From Catajapyx aquilonaris (taxonomy: Eukaryota), in contig JYFJ02002524.1 of assembly GCA_000934665.2 (NCBI GenBank), positions 1 through 55,615 of the forward strand: a stretch of DNA of 55,615 nt. Reading direction: 5' to 3'. Under the pieces are notes generated by a model. It made no database searches, had not been told where the DNA came from, and worked only from the letters and a program-made list of their open reading frames with translations. A program made the position numbers and the translations under genes. Below, piece by piece: positions 38,478-49,420 of this stretch (position 1 is the first letter of the stretch; each line of letters opens with the position of its first letter).

Positions 38478-40388
38478 ATGACGTACAGAAGAAATACTTC
38501 AGCCATGTTGGTCTCTTCACTTGTTGTTTACTATTGCTTCAACATTGCAGGGGCTGTCGTACATTTACAGCCAGTAAATTGCACAGACGATGGAATTACT
38601 CAGTTTGTCAACAGTATTCTGCAAAGTGACCTCGTCATGGACATGGAGTGTCCACTGGCTGTCACCCACGACTGGGCCGGACCCATCCCTCATAGTCTGG
38701 ACACACTCCTGTCCAACATGTCCTCTGCTGGACGACCCCTGGTCATCAGGACAAGTTCTCAGAGCACCTGGGATTGCCAGCCGACATCTAGAGACAATGC
38801 GGCCGTGTTCAGAGAGCCATACCGCGCATCCAAGTGTCTGGTGCACATGGTTGTGACATGCCAGGACACCTACGAGGACATGATGGACATCATTTTGGAC
38901 CCGGACGAAGGGATGCTCGGAGTGAGGAAGACAAAGGACCGGTTCGTGTTCTGGTTACGGGACTCGACTCATCCGGATTTCATGCTGGACAAACCGGCCT
39001 CGCAGTTCAAGTACAAGGTGTCGGTCACCACAGGAGGAGACGGTGCTCTCAAGGCACACTCGGTGTGTTTCTTCTGCGACGATGGAGAACCACATATCCA
39101 ATCAGTGTCTGAATCAGAATCAGACTTGTTCAGAGACACTGCAGAGGACCTGCATGGGAAGCATCTGGAAGGTGTTTACTTATGGCAAAGTAGTGACAAA
39201 GACTGTAGCAGCGTCAGTGTACATGAGAGTCATATGTGCTTCTTGGGTGAGGCAATGAACTTCCATTGGAATTTCAAATGGGTAGATTTCGACGCTATCC
39301 TTTCTGACACTGGCCGTGCCCTAGAACTGATGGAGGACTTCAGATCCGGAAAGTTGGACTTCATACCAAAGGCCCCTGTGCTGGACCTGGTACACCAACT
39401 GTTTGATTGTGCCACACCTCATGATGCCCACAGGTACACTTTCATTGCGCGCAAGCCCCGACCACTTATAACTCCGTTAATTTTAGTATTGCCCTTCTCG
39501 TCTTTGACCTGGTGCTTGCTGATCTCATCATTTGTACTGGAGGTGGGATGTTTGTCACTAATATCCAAGTTTCACAGGAGACATGGGATGCTAACTCCGT
39601 TCAAGTCCACTGTCGCCATATTTAAATATTTAGCAAAAATTGTTGTGGAGCAGTATCCACGCTCACCTCGGTCGTCGTCGTACAGAATATTCCTTATGTT
39701 CTGGATATATTTCTGCACAATATTTTGCACCGCATACAAAAGCAAGTTGTACAATATGCTGATTTTTCCACCCTTAGAAAATATTCCAAAGGACATTGCT
39801 GAACTGCGTCATTCCAGTTTCTCCATAGAAACGTCACAAATAGTGAAGGTGTTTCTAGATGAGGCAAGTCATGATTTCCATAACACATACGCCGATTTCA
39901 TATCAAAAATACGTGTCGTAAAGTTGGTACAACATTGCCAAGACGATATTATGACAGGTGACGTTGTGATCCTGGAAGCCGACGCTGTATTGAGGGATAT
40001 CACTTATCGCGTGTCTCTTTACTACAATTCCGAGGCCTTCATATCAAGTGATACCATGGCTCTTGTGCACACATCAATGATTGTACTGAAGGACAGCATA
40101 TTGGCTGAGAACATTGACAAATGGATGCATGTGTTCAACAGCATCGGTTTGGACTTGCATCGGAAGAGTATGAACACTCATGAGCTGTCGCTGATTGTTG
40201 CCATGAAACGAAGACTCAATAAGTTGTTCAATTCTGGAAGGAATGATGTGCAGTTCACCTGGGATCATGTCGAAGGATCCTTCTTGATTCTGCTCGCCGG
40301 AAGCATCGCTGGATTGTTTGTACTTTTTCTAGAACTGTGCAGTGCGCATATTCGTAAGCGAAAAAGACACACACTTCAAAAAATGTAA
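38478..40388 (+). CDS. Divergent ionotropic receptor (IR; variant iGluR chemoreceptor), intronless, paralog 1; likely true start at ATG 38505
   Basis: 636-aa uninterrupted ORF. It has a signal-peptide-like N-terminus (MLVSSLVVYYCFNIAGA), S1 end and pre-M1 (FDCATP..FIARKP..PFSSLTW), pore-like segment (VVEQYPRSPRSSSYRI), M3-like helix and S2 start (TAYKSKLYNMLIFP..IPKDIAEL) and last TM (FTWDHVEGSFLILLAG..LFLE) with a short basic tail. The N-terminal region is shorter than a full iGluR ATD. ATG 38505 aligns with the paralog ATG (offset 2124). Confidence 0.9.
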   Translation: MTYRRNTSAMLVSSLVVYYCFNIAGAVVHLQPVNCTDDGITQFVNSILQSDLVMDMECPLAVTHDWAGPIPHSLDTLLSNMSSAGRPLVIRTSSQSTWDCQPTSRDNAAVFREPYRASKCLVHMVVTCQDTYEDMMDIILDPDEGMLGVRKTKDRFVFWLRDSTHPDFMLDKPASQFKYKVSVTTGGDGALKAHSVCFFCDDGEPHIQSVSESESDLFRDTAEDLHGKHLEGVYLWQSSDKDCSSVSVHESHMCFLGEAMNFHWNFKWVDFDAILSDTGRALELMEDFRSGKLDFIPKAPVLDLVHQLFDCATPHDAHRYTFIARKPRPLITPLILVLPFSSLTWCLLISSFVLEVGCLSLISKFHRRHGMLTPFKSTVAIFKYLAKIVVEQYPRSPRSSSYRIFLMFWIYFCTIFCTAYKSKLYNMLIFPPLENIPKDIAELRHSSFSIETSQIVKVFLDEASHDFHNTYADFISKIRVVKLVQHCQDDIMTGDVVILEADAVLRDITYRVSLYYNSEAFISSDTMALVHTSMIVLKDSILAENIDKWMHVFNSIGLDLHRKSMNTHELSLIVAMKRRLNKLFNSGRNDVQFTWDHVEGSFLILLAGSIAGLFVLFLELCSAHIRKRKRHTLQKM

Positions 40389-40490
40389 GCTGTTGGAGAC
40401 AACAATATTGTTGTAACTTGTTGACGTCAGAGTCGTTTCGATCACACCCACTGTTATTGCGACACAAGAGCAGCTTCTGTGAGGCCTACC

Positions 40491-40532
40491 ACTAGGTAAC
40501 AGTACATGGTGAATCGATGTATTACTTGGAAT
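40491..40532 (+). promoter_or_regulatory. Upstream motif conserved between the two IR paralogs (copy 2)
   Basis: Homologous to 38377-38416, while the surrounding intergenic DNA is poorly alignable. Confidence 0.55.
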
Positions 40533-40628
40533 ACATAAGGTTATTGAGTAGGCAAAAATGACGCACAACAGTGGCATAAGTCAAAAGCGACAGTCCTGTT
40601 TCAGTATTCCTAAGCAGATATTTCAATC

Positions 40629-42506
40629 ATGTTGCCTACTGCAATTGTTGTTTACACTTGCTTCAACATTGCAGAGGCATTTGTAGATTTACAGCCTGGT
40701 AATGGTAAGGATTATGGAATCCCTCAGTTTGTCAATAATATTCTTGGACATGCCCTGGTCATGGACATGGAGTGTCCACTGGCTGTCACCCACGACTGGG
40801 CCGGACCCATCCCTCAGAGTCTGGACACACTCCTGTCCAGCTTGTCCTCTGCTGGACGACCCCTGATCATCAGGACAAGTGCTGAGAGCACCTGGGATTG
40901 CCAGCCGACATCTAGAGACAATGCGGCCGTGTTCAGAGAGCCATACCGCGCATCCAAGTGTCTGGTGCACATGGTTGTGACATGCCAGGACACCTACGAG
41001 GACATGATGGACATCATTTTGGACCCGGACGAAGGGATGCTCGGAGTGAGGAAGACAAAGGACCGGTTCGTGTTCTGGATACGGGACTCGACTCATCCGG
41101 ATTTCATGCTGGACAAACCGGCCTCGCAGCTCAAGTACAAGGTGTCGGTCAGTACAGGAGGAGCCAACGGTGCTCTCAAGGCACACTCGGTGTGTCTCTT
41201 CTGCGACCAAGGAGAACCACAGATCGAATCAGTGTCTGAGGACACTTTCTTCAAAGACTATGCAATGGATCTACATGGAAAACACCTCGAAGGTGTCTAC
41301 ATGTGGGAAGGGAGCGACCAAAAGTGCAGTAGCTTGAACGTAGATGATAGTCATATGTGCTTTTTGGGTACAGCCATGAATTTCCATTGGCATACCACCG
41401 AAGTCTATTTCGACATCATCCTTTCCGATGCTCGCAGAAGCCTCGATCTGATGGAAGATTTTATATCTGGCAAAGTGACCTTCATACCAAAGGTCCCTGT
41501 CGTGGACCTGATTTACCAACTGTTTGATTGCTCCTCACCTCATGATGCTTACAGATATTCGTTCATTGCACGTAAGCCACGATCTGTAATCACGCCGTTA
41601 ATTTTAGTAATGCCTTACACACTTACTACCTGGTGCTTGCTGATCTCATCATTTGTGCTGGAGGTGGGATGTTTGTCATTAATATCCCAGTTTCACAGGA
41701 GACATGGGATGCTAACTCCGTTCAAGTCCACTGTCGCCATATTTAAATATTTAGCAAAAATTGTAGTGGAGCAGTATCCTCGTTCACCTCGGTCGTCGTC
41801 GTACAGAATATTCCTTATGTTCTGGATATATTTTTGCACAATATTTTGCACCGCATACAAAAGCAAGTTGTACAATATGTTGGTTTTTCCTCCTTTAGAA
41901 AAAATTCCGAGGGACATTGATGAACTGACCCGTTCCAAATTCTCCATACAAACATCGCCAATGGTGAAAATGTTTCTAGATGAAGCAAGTCATGATTTCA
42001 AAGACACATACGCAGATTTCCTTACAAAAATAAGTGTCGTGAAATGGATCGACGTTTACTACAATGATATTCTGACAGGTGATGTTGTGATCCTGGAAGC
42101 CGACTCTGTCTTGAGGGATATCGCGTTTCGCGCATTTATTTATAACAATTCCGACACCTTCACATCGAATGACACGATGGCTATTGTGCACACGTCCATG
42201 ATAGATCTGAAGAACAGCATTTTCTCAGATAACGTTGACAAATGGATTCATGTTTACAACAGCATCGGTTTGGAGCTGCATCAGCAGAGGATGAACATCC
42301 ATAGACTAGGACTGTCTGCTGCCAAGAAGCAAAGGTTGAACAAATCAATCGCTTCTGAAATAAACGATGTGCAGTTCACCTGGTATCACGTCGAAGGATC
42401 CTTCCTGATCCTGTTCGTTGGGATCATTGCAGGGTTAGTTGCTCTTTTGCGCGAACTGTGCTGCGTACATGTGTGTAGGTGCAAAAGACGCACGCTTCGA
42501 ATGTAG
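40629..42506 (+). CDS. Divergent ionotropic receptor (IR), intronless, paralog 2
   Basis: 625-aa ORF collinear with the upstream ORF and carrying the same IR/iGluR motifs (PYTLTTW, TAYKSKLYNMLVFP, VEGSFLILFVG) and a signal-peptide-like start MLPTAIVVYTCFNIAEA. Confidence 0.9.
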   Translation: MLPTAIVVYTCFNIAEAFVDLQPGNGKDYGIPQFVNNILGHALVMDMECPLAVTHDWAGPIPQSLDTLLSSLSSAGRPLIIRTSAESTWDCQPTSRDNAAVFREPYRASKCLVHMVVTCQDTYEDMMDIILDPDEGMLGVRKTKDRFVFWIRDSTHPDFMLDKPASQLKYKVSVSTGGANGALKAHSVCLFCDQGEPQIESVSEDTFFKDYAMDLHGKHLEGVYMWEGSDQKCSSLNVDDSHMCFLGTAMNFHWHTTEVYFDIILSDARRSLDLMEDFISGKVTFIPKVPVVDLIYQLFDCSSPHDAYRYSFIARKPRSVITPLILVMPYTLTTWCLLISSFVLEVGCLSLISQFHRRHGMLTPFKSTVAIFKYLAKIVVEQYPRSPRSSSYRIFLMFWIYFCTIFCTAYKSKLYNMLVFPPLEKIPRDIDELTRSKFSIQTSPMVKMFLDEASHDFKDTYADFLTKISVVKWIDVYYNDILTGDVVILEADSVLRDIAFRAFIYNNSDTFTSNDTMAIVHTSMIDLKNSIFSDNVDKWIHVYNSIGLELHQQRMNIHRLGLSAAKKQRLNKSIASEINDVQFTWYHVEGSFLILFVGIIAGLVALLRELCCVHVCRCKRRTLRM

Positions 42507-42789
42507 GCTCCTGTAAGAATGTGATATTATGATATATATTTCATTCATCGATTGATATAACCTCAATATCTGTAACCTTAGAAGTGCAATCCGTCAGTGT
42601 TTACAGCACAAGAGCCCTATCGACATACTGAGGTCCCTTTGTACTGTCCGTGATGTGTTATTATGATTCACACACCATGAACAACCCTCAGTCCCGACAT
42701 ACATTTTGAAGTAGGCGAATACTGTGCACCTTTCTATACAGTATAGGCCTAGGCCTACTCTGAAAACATCACGTGACAATATATCACTC

Positions 42790-42817
42790 AATAAAAATTA
42801 ACATTGTAGCAAATAAA
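42790..42817 (+). terminator. Candidate polyadenylation signals for IR paralog 2
   Basis: AATAAA at 42790 and 42812, followed by a T/GT-rich tract, about 290 bp after the stop codon. Confidence 0.4.
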
Positions 42818-45050
42818 TTATGATAAGAAAACTACAAATTTTTTGTGTTTTATTTGGACTAAATGATTCGCAATAACCTCCCTGGTTCCAACCTGTGTGA
42901 CATGTCCTGCCCTGACGTGTGTGTCCCCGTAGCCAAATGACCATTGGACCAATTTTTGGGGGGTATAGAGAGAAGAGAAGAGAGGAATAGTTTCCGAGTG
43001 AGTGGCTCGTCATTCATTTCTCGCTGAAGCTCCCCCCGATCGATTCTCTCTCGCTTTTTTTCCCCTCCTCCTCCTCCTCCCGCTTTTTATGGCTAACCCA
43101 CTTTATTTTGGCGGACCTGCTTTCTGGAGATTTTTCTCGCGGGGCCATATATCCAGCTTCACTGGTTGGAGGAAGGGAAGGAGGGGAGGGGAAAGAAGGA
43201 GGATGAATATCTACCAAACATATTGGGGATGCTGTACTTGGCTTTTTATCGTGTACTGTTGACGACATAAATGCAGTGGACATGCGATATATCGATATAT
43301 CAGAATATGTTAATTATATATTTTTTGAATATTATGAACTACGTAGGCCTCACATTTCATTTCGAGTGCTCTCTCTAGGTATTATATATATTAAAGCAGA
43401 ACTCTTTGGGTTAGCCTTTTAGGTATATGATACAATATACCGGCAATTAAAAGCTAATTATTATTGTCATATAATAAATTAATGATACAATAACATGTGA
43501 TGTAACATACTAACATAGAGGTGAAGCATACGGCAGGTGTTAGCAACCTTTCCCTAAACAGAGACGTCTCTGCTATGTCTAAATTCGTGTAGATGTCGGG
43601 GGCTGGACTAGTGAGCCTGAAGGAAGTTCATTGTCGCTCAATTACCGTCCTTAATTGTCGTCCAATCTAGTTTCCTAAGTCTGTCTTGTTCTCCTTCAAA
43701 CCCTGGAGGAGTTTGTTAATGAGCGAATCTGATACCCGGTTGCCCCGGATCCATTTCCCACAGCCGGACACTCTTCCTACATTAAAGTCAGCGTGTAGCT
43801 CCCAGCATAAGCCAATCAGCGCTTTTGTCTTACTCTTGCACACGCACACACAAACTATCTCACTGCCTCAACCTTCTCAACAATAGGCCAGCCCCCTCCA
43901 AGCCATTTTTGCAGACCAACAATGGTTCCTGCTGGCTCCGGGTCATTCCGGAAGTGCCTTCCATTTTTGCTCAAAAATGGAGGGGAGGGCTACCAAGGGA
44001 TGAAACTCATTCTTTTCTTCTTCCTTGCTTCCTCCCATCTTCACAACGGTTCACTCTCTTCTTCCACTTTCCTGCCCCTTTGTTGCACCCGGGCGAATCT
44101 CTTCTATGGAGCGTTCTGTATAGATTGATAAGCTTAATGGGCACTTTCACCCTCCGACCCTCTCGACCTCCTCCTCCTCCCCCCTCCCCTTCCCATATAC
44201 CCTTAGACTATGCTTTGCTAGAAAAGTCTCAGGTTGCGTATTTTTTGTGTCCGTTTTCTTTTCAGAAAGGTCTGAGCAACGGTTCTCTAATTGAAATTTG
44301 CCTCCAGCTTTTCTCTCTCTCTCTCTCTCTCCCTCTCTCTGAATATCGGGATCCGTTTAAAATGTCTTGAGACGGCGTATCGTTAACTTGAGATTGGCAG
44401 CTTGTCACAACCCTGGATTTTTTTTTTATCGACAAGAGTTGGCCCGTCTTGAGAGGGAGCAATTATATGGGTTGGAAGCTGTAAGATCGAGCGATTTAAC
44501 CTTTTAAACACTTATCGGGATCGTCGTGGCAACACTGTTCCTGATCCAGGTGGCACCACAGGTCTCTCCAATTGCTTAACTGGCCGTTGAGAGCGGCAGT
44601 TAACCTGTAGTTAGCAGTGTGACAAATAAGATAAACAAGTAATAATTGTTCGATCGTTTCTGTTAAAAAAATACATTAATTTATTTTCAGCTTCAATCTT
44701 GCCTATATGCAGTAAATTTTAATGATATTTATATTCAGCTGCATTTGTAGTTATAGTTTATATAGTTGGTTTATAAATAACAAAATAACAAATTAAGCAA
44801 AATAAAACGTCCAATGAAAATAACCCAGCTAAACTAACCAATGAATAAAATATCCTCACCAATTAAATAAATAACTAGTAAATAAAACAGCTAACAAAAT
44901 AACCTGTAAAATTAATAACGATACGGTATTTACGCTTTTCATTATTATTAAATAAATTTTTATTGTGTTGCTTTGCGTTACTTTACTAAATTTTATTGTG
45001 CATTATACTTTACTAAATTTTATTGTGCATTATACTTTACTAAATCTTCT

Positions 45051-45258
45051 TGCGTATACATATTACAATAGTAATATTTCATATTGCGTATACATATTAC
45101 AATAGTAATATTTCATATTGCGTATACATATTACAATAGTAATATTTCATATTGCGTATACATATTACAATAGTAATATTTCATATTGCGTATACATATT
45201 ACAATAGTAATATTTCATATTGCGTATACATATTACAATAGTAATATTTCATATTGTG
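45051..45258. repeat. 34-bp minisatellite tgcgtatacatattacaatagtaatatttcatat
   Basis: About 6 perfect copies. Confidence 0.95.
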
Positions 45259-45384
45259 TATTAGATTGCATATAATTTTGTATACATTCGATTTTATTTT
45301 ATAGCTACTTTTATTTTACCATATATATTTATAGCAATTTTATTTTATATTCATCTGCAATTCTGTATTTATTAATTATTTATT

Positions 45385-45600
45385 AATTATTTGTATTACT
45401 TATCTGTTATGGATATTATTTGTATTACTTATCTGTTATGGATATTATTTGTATTACTTATCTGTTATGGATATTATTTGTATTACTTATCTGTTATGCA
45501 TATTATTTGTATTACTTATCTGTTATGCATATTATTTGTATTACTTATCTGTTATGCATATTATTTGTATTACTTATCTGTTATGGATATTATTCGTATT
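45385..45600. repeat. 29-bp minisatellite ttatttgtattacttatctgttatg(g/c)ata
   Basis: About 7 copies. Confidence 0.95.
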
Positions 45601-46799
45601 ATTTTACATTATATTTTATATTATGATGTAGTTTATTATTTTATATTTATGATATAGTTTATTATTTGGAACCAACCCCGTGCAACAATTGAGCGTCGTG
45701 CAACCTCTGGCCTTCATCTTGAAAGACTCTGTTGGCAAGAAAAAGCAGGCCATGCAACCAGATGAAGTGACATTTTTACCTCCCAGTCCCTGCCGTTTAT
45801 TTTTATTTGGAGTTCAATAACTGTTTCGCAGGGAAAGATTTAAGAGGGGGGGGGGAGGGGGGTTCTGAAAATGGGGAGAGGGAGGGAGGGGAGGGAGGAA
45901 GGGAGGAAGGGAGAAACGACGGGGACAAATCACCCCCAGGAAATTGCTGGAAACGACGGAACCAGTTCCAGCCAAAGCAATTGGGACCTGATTTAACCAG
46001 TTGTATCACAGAGTGTTCGGACCATACCCTCAGCTCTTTATCATTTTTTAAAAAACACAAGATGGCGCCGACACCCTAAAAAGAGAGAGCTTCAATATTC
46101 GAGCCAGAAAAAAAAATGTTTAATTCCTTTTGAAATTGAAGTGTGCTAAGACCCTTTGCGTTAAGTGCGGAGCAATACTTTATGAATGGTTCTTCAGGAA
46201 AAAAAAGTCACTCGTTTCCATTCCTATTAGAGTGCAAAAGGCGAGATGGGGGAGGCCAATGGGCTCATTTGCATCTCCAAATTCCTACCTTGGCATCAAG
46301 CCCAGATACAACTCGAAAAAAAAAATTGTACGAAAAGATGGTAATGACCTGTGTTATGCTATACGAACAAAAATCTGCGCCAAAGCTTGGTAATTACAAG
46401 AGAATATGCCCTTTTTAAAACTGGGTGTGAATTTTGTTTTCATGTGGAGCTGGCCGTGCAATAGAGCCGAATAGAAACACTGTAAACTATTATTCGCGTG
46501 ATATTTAAAAACACAACAACAACATTCACGTCTATATCACTTTGTTTGTGTTCGCGCCTGATTTTCCCTTAAAAACTACGTAGTTCGCCAAAAAATTGCA
46601 AAAACTGCACTTTTCACGCCTACGCCACCAAAAATAGTCCAACACATTTCCATAATCCACGATTTATTGTTTGCCATCCTTTTATATTTTCCCAACAATA
46701 TCTCGCTTTCCGTTTACAATAAACGTAGCCTACATAACAACCAAACCTATCCCACATAAACTAGTAAAAGTATGCCCGATGTTTTTATAAAATGTTCTG

Positions 46800-47250
46800 G
46801 TCAAAATAATAATGTACTAATTAAATAACAAATGTAATAAATCACGAATAAAATAACTATTAAAACTTATGATCAATATGAAACAGCCAATAATTGAAAT
46901 AACTAAGAAATAAAATATCCAGTAACAAATTTAGTAAGTGACATTGCTAGAAAAATAATGTAACTTACCATACCTAGCAAAAAAATACAAATAACCAGTT
47001 AACAAAATAATACTAACAAAATGACTAATAAAATAATATATAACTCATAAGTGACTAACAAAAGAAAATCCGGTAACCAATATTCAAGTGACTAACAGAA
47101 GCAAACACTCGTAACTAATAGGTGACGAATAAGAGCAAAATAATTAGTGACTAATAAAAGAAAATAATCCGTGACTAATAAAAAGTGACTAATAAAATTA
47201 CTGATAAAAGAAAATGACTAATAATTAAAATGACTAATAAACTAACAAAA
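46800..47250. repeat. Degenerate A-rich gtgactaataaaa array
   Basis: Recurring gactaat/taactaa words. Confidence 0.65.
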
Positions 47251-48049
47251 TCCTCCAGCTACTGTATATAGGCCAACATACTGATTGTTCATTAGAAACA
47301 TCAGTAGAGGCTATCCATTTGAAATAAATAGCATCTTAGGTCAGCGGGTTATGGCCAACAAGGATGTTGTTGGTCAGCCTGCATATTCACTTACGGATAT
47401 AAAAAATTCAATCTCTTATATTGGCACCTCTGACAACTAGCTGCCTCTATTCCCTCCCACCTAAAAAAAGGAAAGAATGGTCTGCGAGAAGGGAAAAAGG
47501 TCCAGCTTGAAGGAACGGTCCAGAATTGGCTCCAATTTGGGGTCCAGATTCCGACATCTCCCCTTATCCCCAGCTCCCTCGTCCTTCCCAGCCTTCCCCC
47601 CCTGACCAAAAGCCGCACAATGAGCCCAATCACGTGATTCCTTACCCCCAGAGTCCGGTCAACTCTCTCTCTCCCCCATCTCCCCACCTCTCACTCTCTC
47701 CCTCTTCCCCCCAAACCGGCCCTCCTGCCAAGCCCCAAGTGGAAAATGGCCAATTACCGGAACACCGCCCAAGTTTTTGGCCCCCACTGCTCAATTGCCC
47801 CCTCTACCTTCACCAGGGGGCTCCATTGTTGCCATTTCCAGACAGCCCCCCACCCCAGAGGGGGGGCCAGACTTCCAGTGATTTTAATTCGGTGGGATGT
47901 AACAATGGCCTCTACTGTCGCGGATTCTTGAATAGGTAGCGTCATATGTTCGGAGAGTGGGACTGGTGGGGGTTTTACTATATTAGACCGGGATTAGGTG
48001 GGTCTAAAATGTAAATGTACGCACCGCCGAAGCGAGTACTACAATCCGA

Positions 48050-49420
48050 TTCATCGTATAATATATAGCATCGATAATTTGAAATTACAAGCCGATATGA
48101 CGCATTATCGATGGATATAACCATTATAAATGGATATATCAAATTATCGATATGATTGCAATATAATCAATATATCTCATTATCGATATGATTACAATAT
48201 TATCGATATATCTCATTATCGATAGGATGCCAATATAATCGATATATCTAATTATCGATATGATTATAATATAATCGATATATCTAATTATCGATATTAT
48301 TACAATATAATCGATGTATCGCATTATCGATATGATTACAATATAATCGATATATCGAATTATCGATATTATTACAATATAATCGATGTATCGCATTATC
48401 GATATGATTACAATATAATCGATATATCGAATTATCGATATTATTACAATATAATCGATGTATCGCATTATCGATATGATTACAATATAATCGATATATC
48501 GAATTTTCGATATTTTTTCGAAATTCAAAGTCGATTTGTTTCTTTATCAACGAGTTTAACCATTACAAATCGAAAAATCACATTCATTTTAAAGCGTAAA
48601 TCGATATATCTCATTATCGATAGGATGCCAATATAATCGATATATCTAATTATCGATATGATTATAATATAATCGATATATCTAATTATCGATATGATTA
48701 TAATATAATCGATATATCTAATTATCGATAGGATGCCAATATAATCGATGTATCGCATTATCGATATGATTACAATATAATCGATATATCGAATTTTCGA
48801 TATTTTTCGAAATTCAAAGTCGATTTGTTTCTTTATCAACGAGTTTAACCATTACAAATCGAAAAATCACATTCATTTTAAAGCGTAAATCGATATATCG
48901 GATTATCGATAGGTTTGAAAATTACAATCCAAAGCATTGTATCATCAATGTTTTTGATAATACAAGTCGATATGTCGCATTATCGATGCATTTGACCATT
49001 ATAAATCGATACATCGTATTATAGGTATGCTTGAAAATTACATTCCACTCTAACGATTATGCGATATTTTTGAAATTTCCTGCCTACATGTCGCATTATC
49101 AATACATCTGACCATTAAAAATCGATATATCACGTTAGCAGAATATAGCAAATTACAAATCGATGTAGTCTATTGCATCGTTGACATTAAAAAATATACA
49201 AGCCGATATGGCGCATTATCGATGCATTTCACGTTTCCCCATTACAACTTGACATATCCTATTATAGATGTTTCAAATGACTTATCGATATAATCACATT
49301 ATCCATTTACAATATTCTTTTTCGATTCGGTTTCGATATTTGGTGTCGAACAATCGTCATCCAACACTAGGTGTTCGATGTCAATATCGATATTTGCGAT
49401 ATTTACGATATTTTGCTTTA
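48050..49420. repeat. 36-bp ATCGAT-rich array with a higher-order duplication of about 289 bp
   Basis: Unit attatcgatatgattacaatataatcgatatatc(tc/ta/ga); a unique segment aaattcaaagtcg..aagcgtaaa is repeated at 48521 and 48810. Confidence 0.9.

Noticed and set aside
38565..42191. Antisense and alternate-frame ORFs overlapping the IR genes
   Set aside because: Shadow ORFs of the real coding sequence, duplicated along with it.
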